A stretch of DNA of 64,000 bases from Scyliorhinus canicula (lineage: Eukaryota): contig NW_024055676.1 of assembly GCF_902713615.1 (NCBI RefSeq), forward strand, positions 620,877-684,876, given 5' to 3'. Made by a program: the position numbers and the translations under genes. Under the pieces are notes generated by a model. That model did not search any database and was not told the origin of the DNA. It saw nothing but the letters and a program-made list of their open reading frames with translations. Below are positions 35,467 to 48,741 of the stretch, piece by piece; position 1 is the first letter of the stretch, and the number at the start of each line of letters is the position of its first letter.

Positions 35467-38400
35467 GAACATAGAACATAGAACTATACAGCGCAGTACA
35501 GGCCCTTCGGCCCTTGATGTTGCACCGACATGGAAAAAACTAAAGGCCATCTAACCTACACTATGCCCTTATCATCCATGTGCTTATCCAGTAAACTTTT
35601 AAATGCCCTCAATGTTGGCGAGTTCACTACTGTTGCAGGTAGGGCATTCCACGACCTCACCACTCTTTGCGTAAAAAACCCACCTCTGACCTCTGTCATA
35701 TATCTATTACCCCTCAATTTAAGGCTATGTCCCCTCGTGCTAGCCACCTCCATCCGCGGGAGAAGGCTCTCGCTGTCCACCCAATCTAACCCTCTGATCA
35801 TTTTGTATGCCTCTATTAAGTCACCTCTTAACCTTCTTCTCTCTAACGAAAACAACCTCAAGTCCATCAGCCTTTCCTCATAAGATTTTCCCTCCATACC
35901 AGGCAACATCCTTGTAAGTCTCCTCTGCACCCATTCCAAATCTTCCACGTCCTTCCTATAATGAGGCGACCAGAACTGTACGCAATACTCCAAATGCGGC
36001 CGTACTAGAGTTGTGTACAACTGCAACATGACCTCATGGCTCCGGAACTCAATCCCTCTACCAATAAAGGCCATCACACCATAGGCCTTCTTCTTAACCC
36101 TATCAACCTGGGTGGCAACTTTCAGGGATCTATGTACATGGACACCGAGATCCCTCTGCTCATCGACACTACCAAGAATTTTACCATTAGCCAAATATTC
36201 CTCATTCCTGTTATTCTTTCCAAAGTGAATCGCCTCACACTTCTCCACATCAAACTCCATTTGCCACCTCTCAGCCCAGCTCTGCAGCTTATCTATGTCC
36301 CTCTGTTACCTGCAACATCCTTCCGCACTGTCTACAACGCCACCGACTTTAGTGTCGTCTGCAAATTTACTCACCCATCCTTCTGCGCCCTCCTCTAGGT
36401 CATTTATAAAAATGATAAACAGCAACGGCCCCAGAACAGATCCTTGTGGTACGCCAGCCGTAACTGAACTCCATTCTGAACATTTCCCATCAACCACCAC
36501 TCTCTGTCTTCTTTCAACTAGCCAATTTCTGATCCACATCTCTAAATCACCCTCAATCCCCAGCCTCCGTATTTTCTGCAATAGCCGACCGTGGGGAACA
36601 TTATCAAACGCTTTACTGAAATCCATATACACCACATCAACTGCTCTACCCTCGTCCACCTGTTCAGTCACCTTTTCAAAGAACTCGATAAGGTTTGTGA
36701 GGCATGACCTACCCTTCACAACACCATGCTGACTATCCCTAATCATATTATTCCTATCTAGATGATTATAAATCGTATCTTTTATAATCCTCTCCAAGAC
36801 TTTACCCACCACCGACGTTAGGCTCACCGGCCTATATTTACCGGGGTTATCTCTACTCCCCTTCTTGAACAAAGGGACCACATTTGCTATCCTCCAGTCC
36901 TCTGGCACTATTCCTGTAGCCAATGATGACCTAAAAATCAAAGCCAAGGGCTCAGCAATCTCTTCCCTGGCTTCCCAGAGAATCCTAGGATAAATCCCAC
37001 CAGGCCCCGGGGACTTATCTATTTTCACCTTGTCCAGAATTGCCAACACTTCTTCCCTGCGCACCTCAATGCCATCTATTCTAATAGCCTGGGTCTCAGC
37101 ATTCTCCTCCACAATATTATCTTTTTCCTGAGTGAATACTGACGAAAAGTATTCATTTAGTATCTCGCTTATCTCCTCAGCCTCCACACACAGCTTCCCA
37201 CCACTGTCCTTGACTGGCCCTACTCTTACCCTAGTCATTCTTTTATTCCTGACATACCTATAGAAAGCTTTTGGGTTTTCCTTGATCCTACCTGCCAAAG
37301 AATTCTCATGTCCCCTCCTTGCTCGTCTTAGCTCTCTCTTTAGATCCTTCCTCACTTCCCTGTAACTATCAAGCGCCCCAACTGAAACTTCACGCCTCAT
37401 CTTCACATAGGCCTCCTTTTTCCTCTTAACAAGAGATTCCACTTCTTTGGTAAACCACGGTTCCCTCGCTCTACCCTTTCCTCCCTGTCTGACTGGTACG
37501 TACTGATCAAGAACACGCAATAGCTGTTCCTTGAACAAGCTCCACATATCCAGTGTGCCCAACCCTTGCAGCCTACTTCTCCAACCTACACATCCTAAGT
37601 CATGTCTAATGGCATCATAATTGCCCTTCCCCCAGCTATAACTCTTGCCCTGCGGGGTATACTTATCCCTTTCCATCACTAATGTAAAGGTCACCGAATT
37701 GTGGTCACTGTCTCCAAAGTGTTCACCTACCTCCAGATCTAACACCTGGCCTGGTTCATTACCCAAAAGCAAATCCAAAGTGGCCTCACCTTTTGTTGGC
37801 CTGTCAACATATTGTGTCAGAAAACCCTCCTGCACACATTGTACAAAGAACGACCCATCCAATGTACTCGAACTATATCTTTTCCAGTCAATATTAGGAA
37901 AGTTAAAGCCTCCCATAACAACTACCCTGTTACTTTTGCTCTTTTCCAGAATCATCTTCGCCATCCTTTCCTCTACATCTCTAGAACTATTAGGTGGCCT
38001 ATAGAAAACTCCCAGCAGTGTGACCTCTCCTTTCCTGTTTCTAACCTCAGCCCATACTACCTCGGAAGAAGAGTCCCCATCTTGCATCCTTTCTGCCACC
38101 GTAATACTGTCCTTGACTAGCAGCGCCACACCTCCCCCTCTTTTGCCCCCTTCTCTGACCTTACTAAAATACCTAAACCCCGGAACCTGCAACAACCATT
38201 CCTGTCCCTGCTCTATCCATGTCTCTGAAATGGCCACAACATCGAAGTCCCAGGTACCAACCCATGCTGCCAGTTCCCCTACCTTATTTCGTATACTCCT
38301 GGCATTGAAATAGACACACTTCAAACCACCGACCTGAACACTGGCGCCCTCCTGCGAAGTCAAATCTGTGCTCCTGACCTCTCTACTCTCAATCTCCCGT

Positions 38401-38585
38401 ACCCCAAAACTACAATCCAGATTCCCATGCCCCTGCTGAATTAGTTTAAACCCCCCCAAAGAGTACTAACAAATCTCCCCCCCTTAGGTTCAGATGTAGA
38501 CCATCCTGTCTATAGAGGTCCCACCTTCCCCAGAAAGAGCCCCAGTTATCCAGAAATCTGAATCCCTCCCGCCTGCACCATCCCG
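35467..38585 (-). mobile_element. Young 5'-truncated CR1 LINE: end of ORF1 (GWCRREGF...WDLYRQDGLHLN), whole ORF2 (APE endonuclease plus RT) with one in-frame stop, (TTCTATG)n tail
   Basis: ORFs 36306..38459 (717 aa) and 35556..36260 (234 aa) share one frame and are separated by a TAA; motifs [25 protein letters not shown] and FADD. Confidence 0.95.
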
Positions 38586-38865
38586 GTTGAATTCACATCT
38601 GACTTTCTGTGGCAGCAGACCTTGAACTGATTGGCCTGCTCGGCAATATCAGAGATAGTTAAGCGTCAACCACATCACTGCTGAACTACTCACATAGAGG
38701 CCAGACAGGGTAAGGAGGGAAGATTTCTTCTCTTGAAGGACATTGGTGAACCTGCTGGGCTTTGGGAAATTTCGCTGGCTTCATGAGTATTATGAATGAC
38801 GCAACAATTTTATTTCTGATTTATTAATTCATTCAATTGAAAGTCCCCCAGCTGCCATAAAACCA

Positions 38866-39045
38866 GCGGCTGGTTTAGCTCACTGGGCTAATTCGCTGCT
38901 TTTTAAAGCAGACCAAGAAGGCCAGCAGTATAGTTCGATTCCCGTACCAGCCTCCCCGGCCAGGTGTCGGAGTGTGGCGACTAGGGGCTTTTCACAGTAA
39001 CTTCATTGAAGCCTAGTCGTGACAATAAGCGATTTTCATTTTCAA
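38866..39045 (+). mobile_element. Short tRNA-derived SINE family (GGCTGGTTTAGCTCACTGGGCTAAATCGCT...ATTTTCATTT tail); other copies at about 28285, 42245, 50754, 52708 (minus) and 54694
   Basis: Near-identical 150-190 bp copies. Confidence 0.85.
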
Positions 39046-40109
39046 ACTATAAGATGTAGGAGCAGAAGGTGGCCATTCGGCCCATGGAATATGATCTGCC
39101 ATTCAATGAGATCGTGGCTGATCTAATAAATCCTCAACTCCACTTTTCCGCCTTATCCCCATAATCCTTGATTCCCTGACTAATGAAAAATCTGTCTGTC
39201 ACAGTCTTGGACATATTTATTGACCCAGCCTCTCCAATTCTCGGCACCATAGAATTACTCCCCTCTGAGAGACGAAATTCCTCTTCTTCCACGTCTGAAA
39301 TGCGCGACACCTTACTCTGAGATGGTGCCCTACAGTCCCAGACTCTCCCACAAGCAGAAACAACCTCGAGCATCCACACTGTCAAGCTCCTTAAAAATAC
39401 TACATATCTCAGTAAGTTCGCCTCTCATTCTTCAAAACACCAATGCGTGTAGGTCTTCCCAACTTAGACTCTCCTCATGTCAGTCTCTGTGGTGCAATTG
39501 GTCAACGTTTTTCGCTGCAAACCGAGAGGTCTGTGTTTCAAGACTTTCCACGGCCGGATTCCTCTCTATTTGATGACAGGCGCAGTAACGATGTGCCGAA
39601 GAACCTCTTTATGTGCTGTGAAATTCCAGCTACCGATGAAAATCCATCCACACCCGAGATTAACCTAATGAACCTTCTCTGGACTGCCTCCAAAATATCT
39701 ATCCTGAGGTGAGGAGACCAAAGCTGCTCACATCATTGCAATATGCCCTGGTGGAATTTGTATTCGAGTCTCTGGATTAATAGTTTATGCCTCCAGATTA
39801 CCAGTCCAGTAATATATTGCGAAGCACCCCTAGGACTGTAATATCATCACATCTAAAAGATGGAGCAACTGAAACATAAAATACTCCTGCATTGGATCAC
39901 ATCTGGGTCATGGGCTCAGGTATCTGTTGTGAGAAGTGATATTGATTCCACTGAGACAAGACTGTTAACCTATCATGGTTTGCATGTTGACATTACATTC
40001 TGAAATATTGCTCAGTGTATCTAAAGTTCTTATTCTGGGTGCAGCCTTACATGGGTCAATTTAATTTTCAGAGGCTAGTCTTTTCTTCGTCTTGTGTCTT
40101 ATTCTTGTT

Positions 40110-40330
40110 ATAAATTTAGAGTACCCAATTAATTTTTTCCAAATCAAGGGGCAATTTAGCGCAGCCAATCCACCTACACTGTACATCTTCGGGTTTTGGG
40201 GGTGAAACCCACGCAGACACGGGGAGAATGTGCAAACTTCACGCGGTCAGGGACCGAGAGTCGGGATCGAACCTGGTACCTCGGCACCGTGAGGCAGCAG
40301 TGCGAACAACTGCATGACCATGCTGCCCCC
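40110..40330 (-). mobile_element. HE1-like SINE
   Basis: Reverse complement of the 9352 and 54988 type. Confidence 0.75.
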
Positions 40331-40619
40331 GTCTTGTGTCTAATTCGGACACGATGGTAATAGTGAGCGGTAATTCCACTGGCTCCATATAAAATGTCAG
40401 TAATTCCAAAAATAGCATCTGAACACAAGCAAGGCAGAAACATATATACAACTGGGTCTTCACACTGCATGAGCTGCACGGTCATATTGGTTGGAAGCTC
40501 GGATTGTTTTCCTTCGAACCGAGCAGTTTTTGGGAGGCGTGGTAAAAATGGTCAAAATTATGAATGGCTTTGTTTGATTAATTAGGAAGAAAGTTGATTC
40601 ACTGGCAGGAGGGTCAGAA

Positions 40620-41035
40620 ATCAGAAGACACTAATTTATGAAATATTAATTTCCCCCTCATTATAAACCTATCAAATTGTAAAAGGACTGGACAGGGAAG
40701 ATGCAGAAAGGATGTGTCCGATGGCGGGGAAGGTAGAACCAGGGGTCACAATCTAAGGATACGGGGTAAACCATTTAATACTGAGATGAGGAGTAATATC
40801 TTCACCCTGGGAGTTGTGAACCTGTTGAATTCTCTACCACAGAACGACGTTGACTCCAAAGTATTGTATGTTTTCAAGGAGGAGTTAGATAAAGCTCTTG
40901 GGGATCAAAACTCTGAATGGACCAAATGATATGGGGGAAAGTGGGAACAGGTTACTAAGGTGGATGATCAGCCATGATCATAGTGAATAGCGGAGCAGGC
41001 TCGAAGGGCATAATGGTCTACCCCTGCTCTACTTT
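40620..41035 (+). mobile_element. Decayed CR1 3' end
   Basis: RTRGHNLRIRG...F.TEMR motif and CR1 3' UTR. Confidence 0.7.
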
Positions 41036-42459
41036 CTCTGGCACTGTATTACATCAAATCTGTTTATTCTCATGTTAAATGAGACTCTGTCTTTATTTCT
41101 ATTAAAGTAACCCCTGTCCCTGTCTATACCACACTGTACTGTTTGTGCTGCACTCAATTAAGAATACGCTAGAACATACATAGGATTAGATCACATTAAG
41201 TTCCGCCTCTTCTATATTCCACACGAATTTGCATCTTCACATCACGCCAAGGCCTGTCTCTGTTGATATTAACCGGACCATGTTCCTGTTACCTGTCTCG
41301 ATATTATAAATTATTGGGCATGTTTGCTTGTTTCTCCAAGTACAATCATCGTTGATTTTGAGATTATGTTAATTCATGTTAATATCTATAAGTAGTTGTA
41401 TTAAATGTGTATTTGCTTTGCTATCATGTGGGCAATATTGAGTTGAATATTTTACCAACATCCCAGTAATGAATTGATCTTGTGAGACATGTCTACATGT
41501 GAACACCGGTGCACTGCAATTCCCAAAATTTCATGGAAATCTCTGTTTTGTTCAAAATGATGAATTTACTCTTGTGTTATACTCTATCGATTGGAAAGTT
41601 TTTTTTCATGATGGTGATTATTTTCCTGCCTCGATTTATATTAACCGATCACCTGTGCACTGGCAGAGTTAGACAGAACCGTGTTCACACAGTATCGCCA
41701 CGATGGTAATGGTGGGCACCCATAGGAGAAATGTCCACCCAATCATAAAACACTCATCTGGTTAAGAAGAGCAACTAAAATCGTTGCAAAAGCGTATTAG
41801 CCGTTAGTGTAGGTGTGCATATGAAACATTGTTCTTAATTTTTGCAACTCCAAACGATCAAGGCGTATTGTTATCTTCAGAATTATTTGGTTGATTTTGC
41901 GATATCTTCATATGTCTCGGTCCTCAGCTCTGGTATTCATTCCCTACACCTCGTTACCTCAATTCCCTTATTAAAATCATCCCATAACCGGCCTCATCAA
42001 CCACATTTTTAATCATCTGGCCTAATAACTCTGTACACGTATATTAATCCAGACCTTGACCAGGAATGACTGCAATAGACCCTGTCTCAGTTTATAATAT
42101 TCTAGATACCGTATGAATAATCACTGCTTTAGATCCTATCTCATTTAAGTTAATGAAACTTTGTATCGGTAATCGCTGCACTAGAACCTGTCTCGGTTTA
42201 TGTTAATCTATACCCTGTATCAGTAATCACTGCACGGGGTCCAGGGGCTGGTTTAGCTCACTGGGCTAAATCGCTAGCTTTTGAAGCAGACCAAGTAGGC
42301 CAGCAGCACGGTTCGATTCCCGTGCCAGCCTCCCCAGACAGGCGCAGGAATGTGGCGACTCGGGGCTTTTCACAGTAACTTAATTGAAGCCTACTCGTGA
42401 TAATAAGCGATTTTCATTTCATTTCATTTCAATCTCAATTTAGGTTAACCTACACACCC

Positions 42460-43795
42460 TGTACCCCTGAAGGATAGGATCTATTCACATTTGGAAGAAA
42501 ATAGACTTATCAGTGACAGGTAGCATGGTTTTGTGCAGGGAAGGTCATGTCTTACAAACCTAATATAATTCTTTGAGGAAGTGACAAAGTTATTAATGAG
42601 GGAAGGGCTGTAGATGTCATATACAGGGACTTCAGTAAGGCGTTTGATAAAGTTTCCCATGGCAGGTTGATGGAAAAAGTGAAGTATGGTGTTCAGGGTG
42701 TACTAACTAGATGGATAAAGAACTGGCTGGGCAACAGGAGACAGAGAGTAGCGTTGGAAGGGAGTGTCTCAAAATGGAGAAAGGTGACGAGTGGTGTTCC
42801 ACAGGGATCCGTGCTCAGACCACTGTTGTTTTTGATACACATAAATGATCTGGACGAAGGTATAAGTGGTCTGATGAGCATGTTTGCAGATGATACTAAG
42901 ATTGGTGGAGTTGCAGATAGCGAGGAGGACTGTCAGAGAATACAGCAAAATATTGATAGATTGGAGAGTTGGGCAGAGAATTGGCAGATCGAGTTCAATC
43001 CAGGAAAATGCGAGGTGATGCATTTTGGAAGATCTAATTCAAGAGCGGACTATATGGTAAATGGAAGAGTCCTGGGGAAAATTGATGTACAGAGAGATCT
43101 GGGAGTTCAGGTCCATTGTACCCTGAATATGGCAACGCAGGTCGATAGAGTGGTCAAGAAGGCATACAGCATGCTTGCCTTTATCCGACGGGGTATTGAG
43201 TACAAGAGTCGGCAGGTCATGTTACAGTTGTATAGGACTTTGGTGAGGCCACATTTGGAATACTGCGTGCAGTTCTGGTCGCCACATTACCAGAAGGGTG
43301 TGGACGCTTTAGAGAGGGTGCAGAGGAGGTTCACCGGGATGTTGCCTGGTATGGAGGGTACAAGCTATGAAGATAGGTTGAGTTGATTAGGATTGTTTTC
43401 GTTGGAAAGACGGAGGTTGAGGGGGGACCGGATTGAGGTCTACAAAATTATGAGAGGTATGGACAGGGTGAATAGCAACACGCTTTTTCCAAGAGTTGGG
43501 GTGTCAATTACAAGGGGTCACGATTTCAAGGTGAGAGGGGGAAAGTTTAAGGGAGATGTGCGTGGAAAGTTTTTTACGCAGAGGGTGCCTGGGATGCTTT
43601 GCCAGCGGAGGTGGTCGAGGCGGGCACTTTAGCATCATTTAAGATGCATCTGGACAGATATATGAACGGGCGGGGAACGGAGGGAAGTAGATCCTTGGAA
43701 AATAGGCGACAGGTTTAGATAAAGGATCCGGATCGGCGCAGGCTGGGAGGGCCGAAGGGCCTGTTCCTGTGCTGTAATTTTCTTTGTTCTTTGTA
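42460..43795 (+). mobile_element. 5'-truncated CR1 LINE (RT to tail)
   Basis: ORF 42667..43386 with [12 protein letters not shown] and RPHLEYCVQFW; (TTCTTTG) tail. Confidence 0.92.
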
Positions 43796-44029
43796 TTAGT
43801 GATCATTGCTTTAGACTCTGTCATAGGGTCATGGAGTCTGAGAGTTTTACAGTATAGAAAGATGCCCTTCCACCGATCATTTCTGCGACGACAATCAAAC
43901 ACCTATCTATTCTAAGATTGTCCATAGATGGTCTTCCTACCATAAAATCATAAAACATAGAAGCAGAACCCGTCCTTTTAGTCCATCGAGTCTGCTCCAC
44001 ATTGAATCATGACTGTTATGTTTCTAATC

Positions 44030-45760
44030 CTCATTCTCCCGCCTTCTCCCCATAATCCCTGGTCCCGTAATTAATCAATAATCTGTCTGCCTCTATTTTA
44101 TAGGCCTCCACAGCCTTCTGCGGGAATGAGTTCCACAGATTCAAGACCCCCTGGTTGAATAAAGTTATCCTCTTCTCAGTTGTGAAGGATTATCCCTTAA
44201 ATCTGAAGCTGTGCCCTCGGGTTCTCGTTTCACCTTCTAGGCCTCTCACTATTCTGAAAGTTTCAATGTGACCCCACCCCCACACACCGCCCCGCGGCCC
44301 ACTCCGCTCACGACGCCTCATCCTTCTAAACTCTATCCAGCACAGACCCAGAGTCCTCAACCGCTCCTCATATGACAAGTCCGTCATTCCGAGGATCAGT
44401 CTTGTGAATCTCCTCTGGAGCTTCTCCAAGGCCAGCACGTTGTTTCTTAGATAAGGCGACCAAAACTGCTCACAATATTCCAAATGGGGTCTGACCAGAG
44501 CTTTATAGAGCCGCAACAGTTACATCCCTGCTCTTGTAATCTAGCCCTCGCGACATGAATGCTAACATTGCATTTGTCTTCCCAGCTGCCAACTGAACCT
44601 GCATGTTAACCTTAAGAGAATCGTCAACTAGAATTCCTAAATGCATTTGAGCTTCTGATTTCCTAAGCCCTACTCCAATTAGAAAATACTCTATGTTTCC
44701 TCCAAAATGCAGAACTTTACACTTTTCTACATTGTATTCCATCTTCCACTGCTTTGCCCACTCTCTTAGCCTGACCAAGTCTTTCTGCAGCCTCTCTGCT
44801 TCCTCAGCACAACCTGTCCCTCTACGTATCTGAGCATCATCTGAAAACGTAGCATCAGTGCCCTCAGTTCAAAGGTAATAATAAAATCTTTATTAGCTTT
44901 TACATTACATCAGCCTTTAAAGGCTTCCGTATCCTCTGGCATCCCAGTAATCTTCTCCACATTGCATCCTTTGCTTTTATGCTGTCCTTGACTTCCCTTG
45001 TCAACCATGGATGCTCTGTCCTCCCCTCAGCATGGTTTCTCCTCTTTGGGATTAATTTTTGCAGTGCCTCGCGAATAATCCCCAAAACGTCCTGCCACTG
45101 TTGTCCCACTATCTTCCCTGCTGGGCTCCCTTTCCAATCAAATCTGGCCAGCTCCTCCCTTTATCTTTGTAGTTACCTTTATTCAATTGGAATACCGTTA
45201 CATTTCATTACAGCTTCTACCTCCCAAACTGCAGAGTGAATTATATCATATTGTGGTCATTGCCCGTGAGTGTTCCTTCATCTTAAGTTCCCTACTCAAG
45301 TCTCATTATACATCACCAAATGCAGAACTATCTGTTCACGACTGGGATCTATCACAAGCTGCTCCAAAAAAAACATCTCGTCAGTATTTCACAAAATTAC
45401 TTTTCTTGGGATCTGCTACCAAACTGACTTTCCCTGTCCTCCTCCATATTGAAGTCCCCCATGATTATTATAATATTTCCTCTCTTATGTGCCTTTTCAA
45501 TCTGCTGATTGATATTGTGCCCCACATTCTGACTACGGCTAGGGGGCTGTACATACCTCTCATCAGGGTCTTTTTTCCTTTGAGATTCGTCAACTCTGCC
45601 CACAGGGATTCTACACTTTCGGACACTAAATTGCTTCTTGCTATCGAGTTAATTTCATTCCTTACTCGCAATGCAACCCCGCCCCCTTTGTCCATGCATG
45701 CCAATTTCAATGTGTGCAATGAGTTCATTTACCTTGTTCCGTATACTGCCCACATTTAGG
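44030..45760 (-). mobile_element. Older, fragmented CR1 LINE
   Basis: GGGVAL, MGDFN and RPHLEYCEQFW motifs in broken frames. Confidence 0.85.
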
Positions 45761-46139
45761 TACAACACCCTCCGTTCTGCGTTGACCATCCAATCTCATC
45801 GTTGTCCCTTTTTCTGCTGTGCCTGAAGTTGCATACACACCTCTATCCATACTCCCTACTCTAGCACGTGTTCAGGAAACTTTACTAACCTCCCCTAAGC
45901 CCTCGGCCCGTTTCACTCGGTTAATGTCCTGATCATTACCCTGCACTCTCACCTTCTCTTTTAACTTTCGTTTTCTAATTTTTCATACAACCGACCGCCC
46001 TCCCCCCAATATTTCGTTTTAAAGCATCACTTCTCAGCATTGAATTTTACCTGCCACCTATCTACCTGTGAACATGAAAAAGCCAGTGACCTGTTGCAGC
46101 CTAGGCTGGACGCATCCTTGTTACAACACCAGGGACGGC

Positions 46140-46580
46140 GGGACTGCCATATGAGGAGAGATTGACTACGTTAGGAATGTTCTCGATGGAGTTCAGAAGA
46201 ATGAGTGGGGATCTCATAGAGACTTATAAAATTCCCGCAGGACGAGACAGTGTAGATGCAGGGAAGATGTTCCCGATGATGGGTGTGTCCAGAACCAGGG
46301 GTCACTGCCTGAGGATTCAGGATTCATTTCGGACAGAGATAAGGAGACATTTCGTCACCCAAAGAGTGGTGAGCCTGTGGAATTTATTAGCACAGGAAAT
46401 AGTTGATTCTAAAACATTGAATATGTTCAAGAGGCGGCTAGATATAGCACTTGGGGAGAATGGGATCAAAGGCTGTGGGGAGAAAGCAGGATTAGGCCAT
46501 TGAGTTGGATGATCAGCCATGATCGTGACAAATGGCGGAGCAGGCTCGAAGGGCCAAATGGCCTCCTCCTTCTCCGAACT
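46140..46580 (+). mobile_element. CR1 3' fragment
   Basis: ORF 46162..46503 matches the CR1 RT C-terminus. Confidence 0.8.
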
Positions 46581-47819
46581 TCTACGTATCTATGTATGTA
46601 ATCCTCTTCCCTGTTTACTACATTGTCAATTTGGGAGACAAATGCAACTTTTCAATTGATATCATGTGAACCCGAGTCCCGAGCCCTGTCTATTAATATA
46701 TAACAGAAAAAACAGTGCTGCTAATATTACCCACTGGAGAATAACACTGTGCCCCACCCAATCTGAAACAATTGTTAAGAACTGTCCCTTAGTCACTGTT
46801 GTGCACATTCTGCTCCTGCCCCTTTAATCACCTGAGCATCAATTTTCCCCACTTTTCATATATGACACAGACATTAAGATATTTGTCCCAGACCTTTCCA
46901 TTCCTCGTGTCCCATCAGAATTCCAAGGACAGCTTCAGTAACGCTCTGCTTGTCTAAACTATTCCGTCTAATTCTCGCAGGTCAGGTACAGTATGGGGTT
47001 GTATACAGAGCAAAGCTTCCGGCACACAGAACCAGCAAACACTCTCAGGTCAAATGCATCACAGGATCAGATAAAGACGAAAGCTTCCTGAAACCTGTCC
47101 CATTATACACTCCCAGGGCCCCAACAGTAAACATTTAGTTACTGAGTAAACTTCCCTTAACAATCTCCCCTCAAATACTCGAAGGACAGGTACAGTGCAG
47201 AGCAAAGCCCCCTCCACAACATCCGCCAACTAACATGTGAAGGACAGGTAAAACACATGTGAGGAACAGAGTAAATTTGCCATACCATCAGATACTTGCA
47301 GAGCAGGAAAAACGCAGGGTATGTGGAGAGTTAAGTTCCTGTAACTCCGTCCCATTAATCGGTATGAAACAGGAATTATTTGTGCAGGGGTTTGGTGTGA
47401 AAATGTCCACACACACACACAAACACTCAGAAAAAAACGGACATGTGTCTTAATGTATATAATCTCAACCGTGTAACGGTGAATCTTGGGCCGACCCTGC
47501 AATTGACCCTGTCACGTTTTGTACGAATGTATACCCTGAATCAGTAATCACTGCATTAGACGTTATCTCAGTTTTCATTAATCTAGATCCTCCATCAATA
47601 ATTACGGTACTAGAATCTGTCTCACTTTATATTAATCTCGACGCTCTATCAGCAATTAGTGCTCTTGAATCCTGTCTAAATTTACATTACTGAAGACACC
47701 CTCCTCTCAGAAATCACTACACTCGGCCTTGTCTCAGTTTATATTAATCTAGACCCTGTATCAGGAACTACTGTACTAGACCCTGTTTCAGTTTATGTCT
47801 AACTTAGGCTTTGTTGCAT

Positions 47820-48110
47820 TACATAGACACATAGAAGTATAGAAGCATAGACAATAGGTGAAGGAGTAGGCCGTTCGGCCCCTTGAACTTGCTCTTCCAT
47901 TCATTGTGATCGTGGCTGATCATCCAGACTCTGTAGACTCTTCTCGCTTTCCCTCCATATCCTATGATCCCTAAAGCCACAAGAACCATATATAATTCCT
48001 TCCAGTAAACATAAAAAGTTGTGGCCTCAACTGTTTTGTGTGGTAGAGAATTCCACAGATTCACCGCTCTAGGTCAATACATTTCTCCACATCTATATCC
48101 TTAGACTGTG
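47820..48110 (-). mobile_element. CR1 3' fragment
   Basis: NLWNSLP motif and tail. Confidence 0.7.
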
Positions 48111-48244
48111 TCCCTGATTCTGGACTCCCCTCCATTAATCATTGCTGCACACCCTGTCTCTGTTATTATGAATATTTACCCTGTAACAGTAACCCCTGCA
48201 TTAGAACCCTGCACCAGTTATTGTGAATCCCGGTCTTTTCAAAG

Positions 48245-48452
48245 TATCATAGAATCCCGACAGTGCAGAAGGAGGCCAGTCGGCCCATCGAGTCTGCACC
48301 CGCCCTCCAAAACGGCACCCCACTGAGGACCACTCCTCCACTCTATCCCCATAATCCCACCTAACCTTTGCACACTCAGGGGAAATCTTTTAGAATGTCC
48401 AATCCACCTAACCTGCGCATCTTTGGACTGTGGGAGGAAATTCTCGGTTTCC
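48245..48452 (-). mobile_element. HE1-like SINE 3' part
   Basis: Shared core and tail. Confidence 0.7.
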
Positions 48453-48692
48453 ACTGCACTGCACTGTCTCCACTTGTATTAATCGAGGCCCTGTTTTAGT
48501 CATTCCGGGACACCGCTGGCTCTGTTTATTTAATGTCAGTTTATGTGCCTGTATATGATGCGCTTCTCTCTGTTTTAGTTATTAATGTGCGGGACAATAC
48601 CAATATTAATCGTGATGTGGAGCTGCCGGCGTTGGACAGGGGTGAGCACAGTAAGAAGTCTTACAACACCAGGTTAAAGTCCAACAGGTTTG

Positions 48693-48741
48693 CTTCATAC
48701 ACTAGCTTTCGGAGCACTGCTCCTTCCTCAGGTGAATGAAG
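48693..48741 (-). ncRNA. Minimal hammerhead ribozyme motif in the Penelope terminal repeat
   Basis: Minus strand reads CUUCAU-U-CAC CUGAGGA A GGAGC-AGU-GCUCC GAA AGCU A GUG-U-AUGAAG: stem I, core, stem II and a palindromic stem III. Confidence 0.75.

Larger units (their letters stand above)
28070..44040. repeat. Old tandem segmental duplication: unit 1 about 28070-33250; unit 2 about 33250-44040, expanded by insertions
   Basis: Colinear matches such as 28436/34256, 29637/38590, 31258/40374, 31310/41270, 32100/41640 and 32960/43810. Confidence 0.85.
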
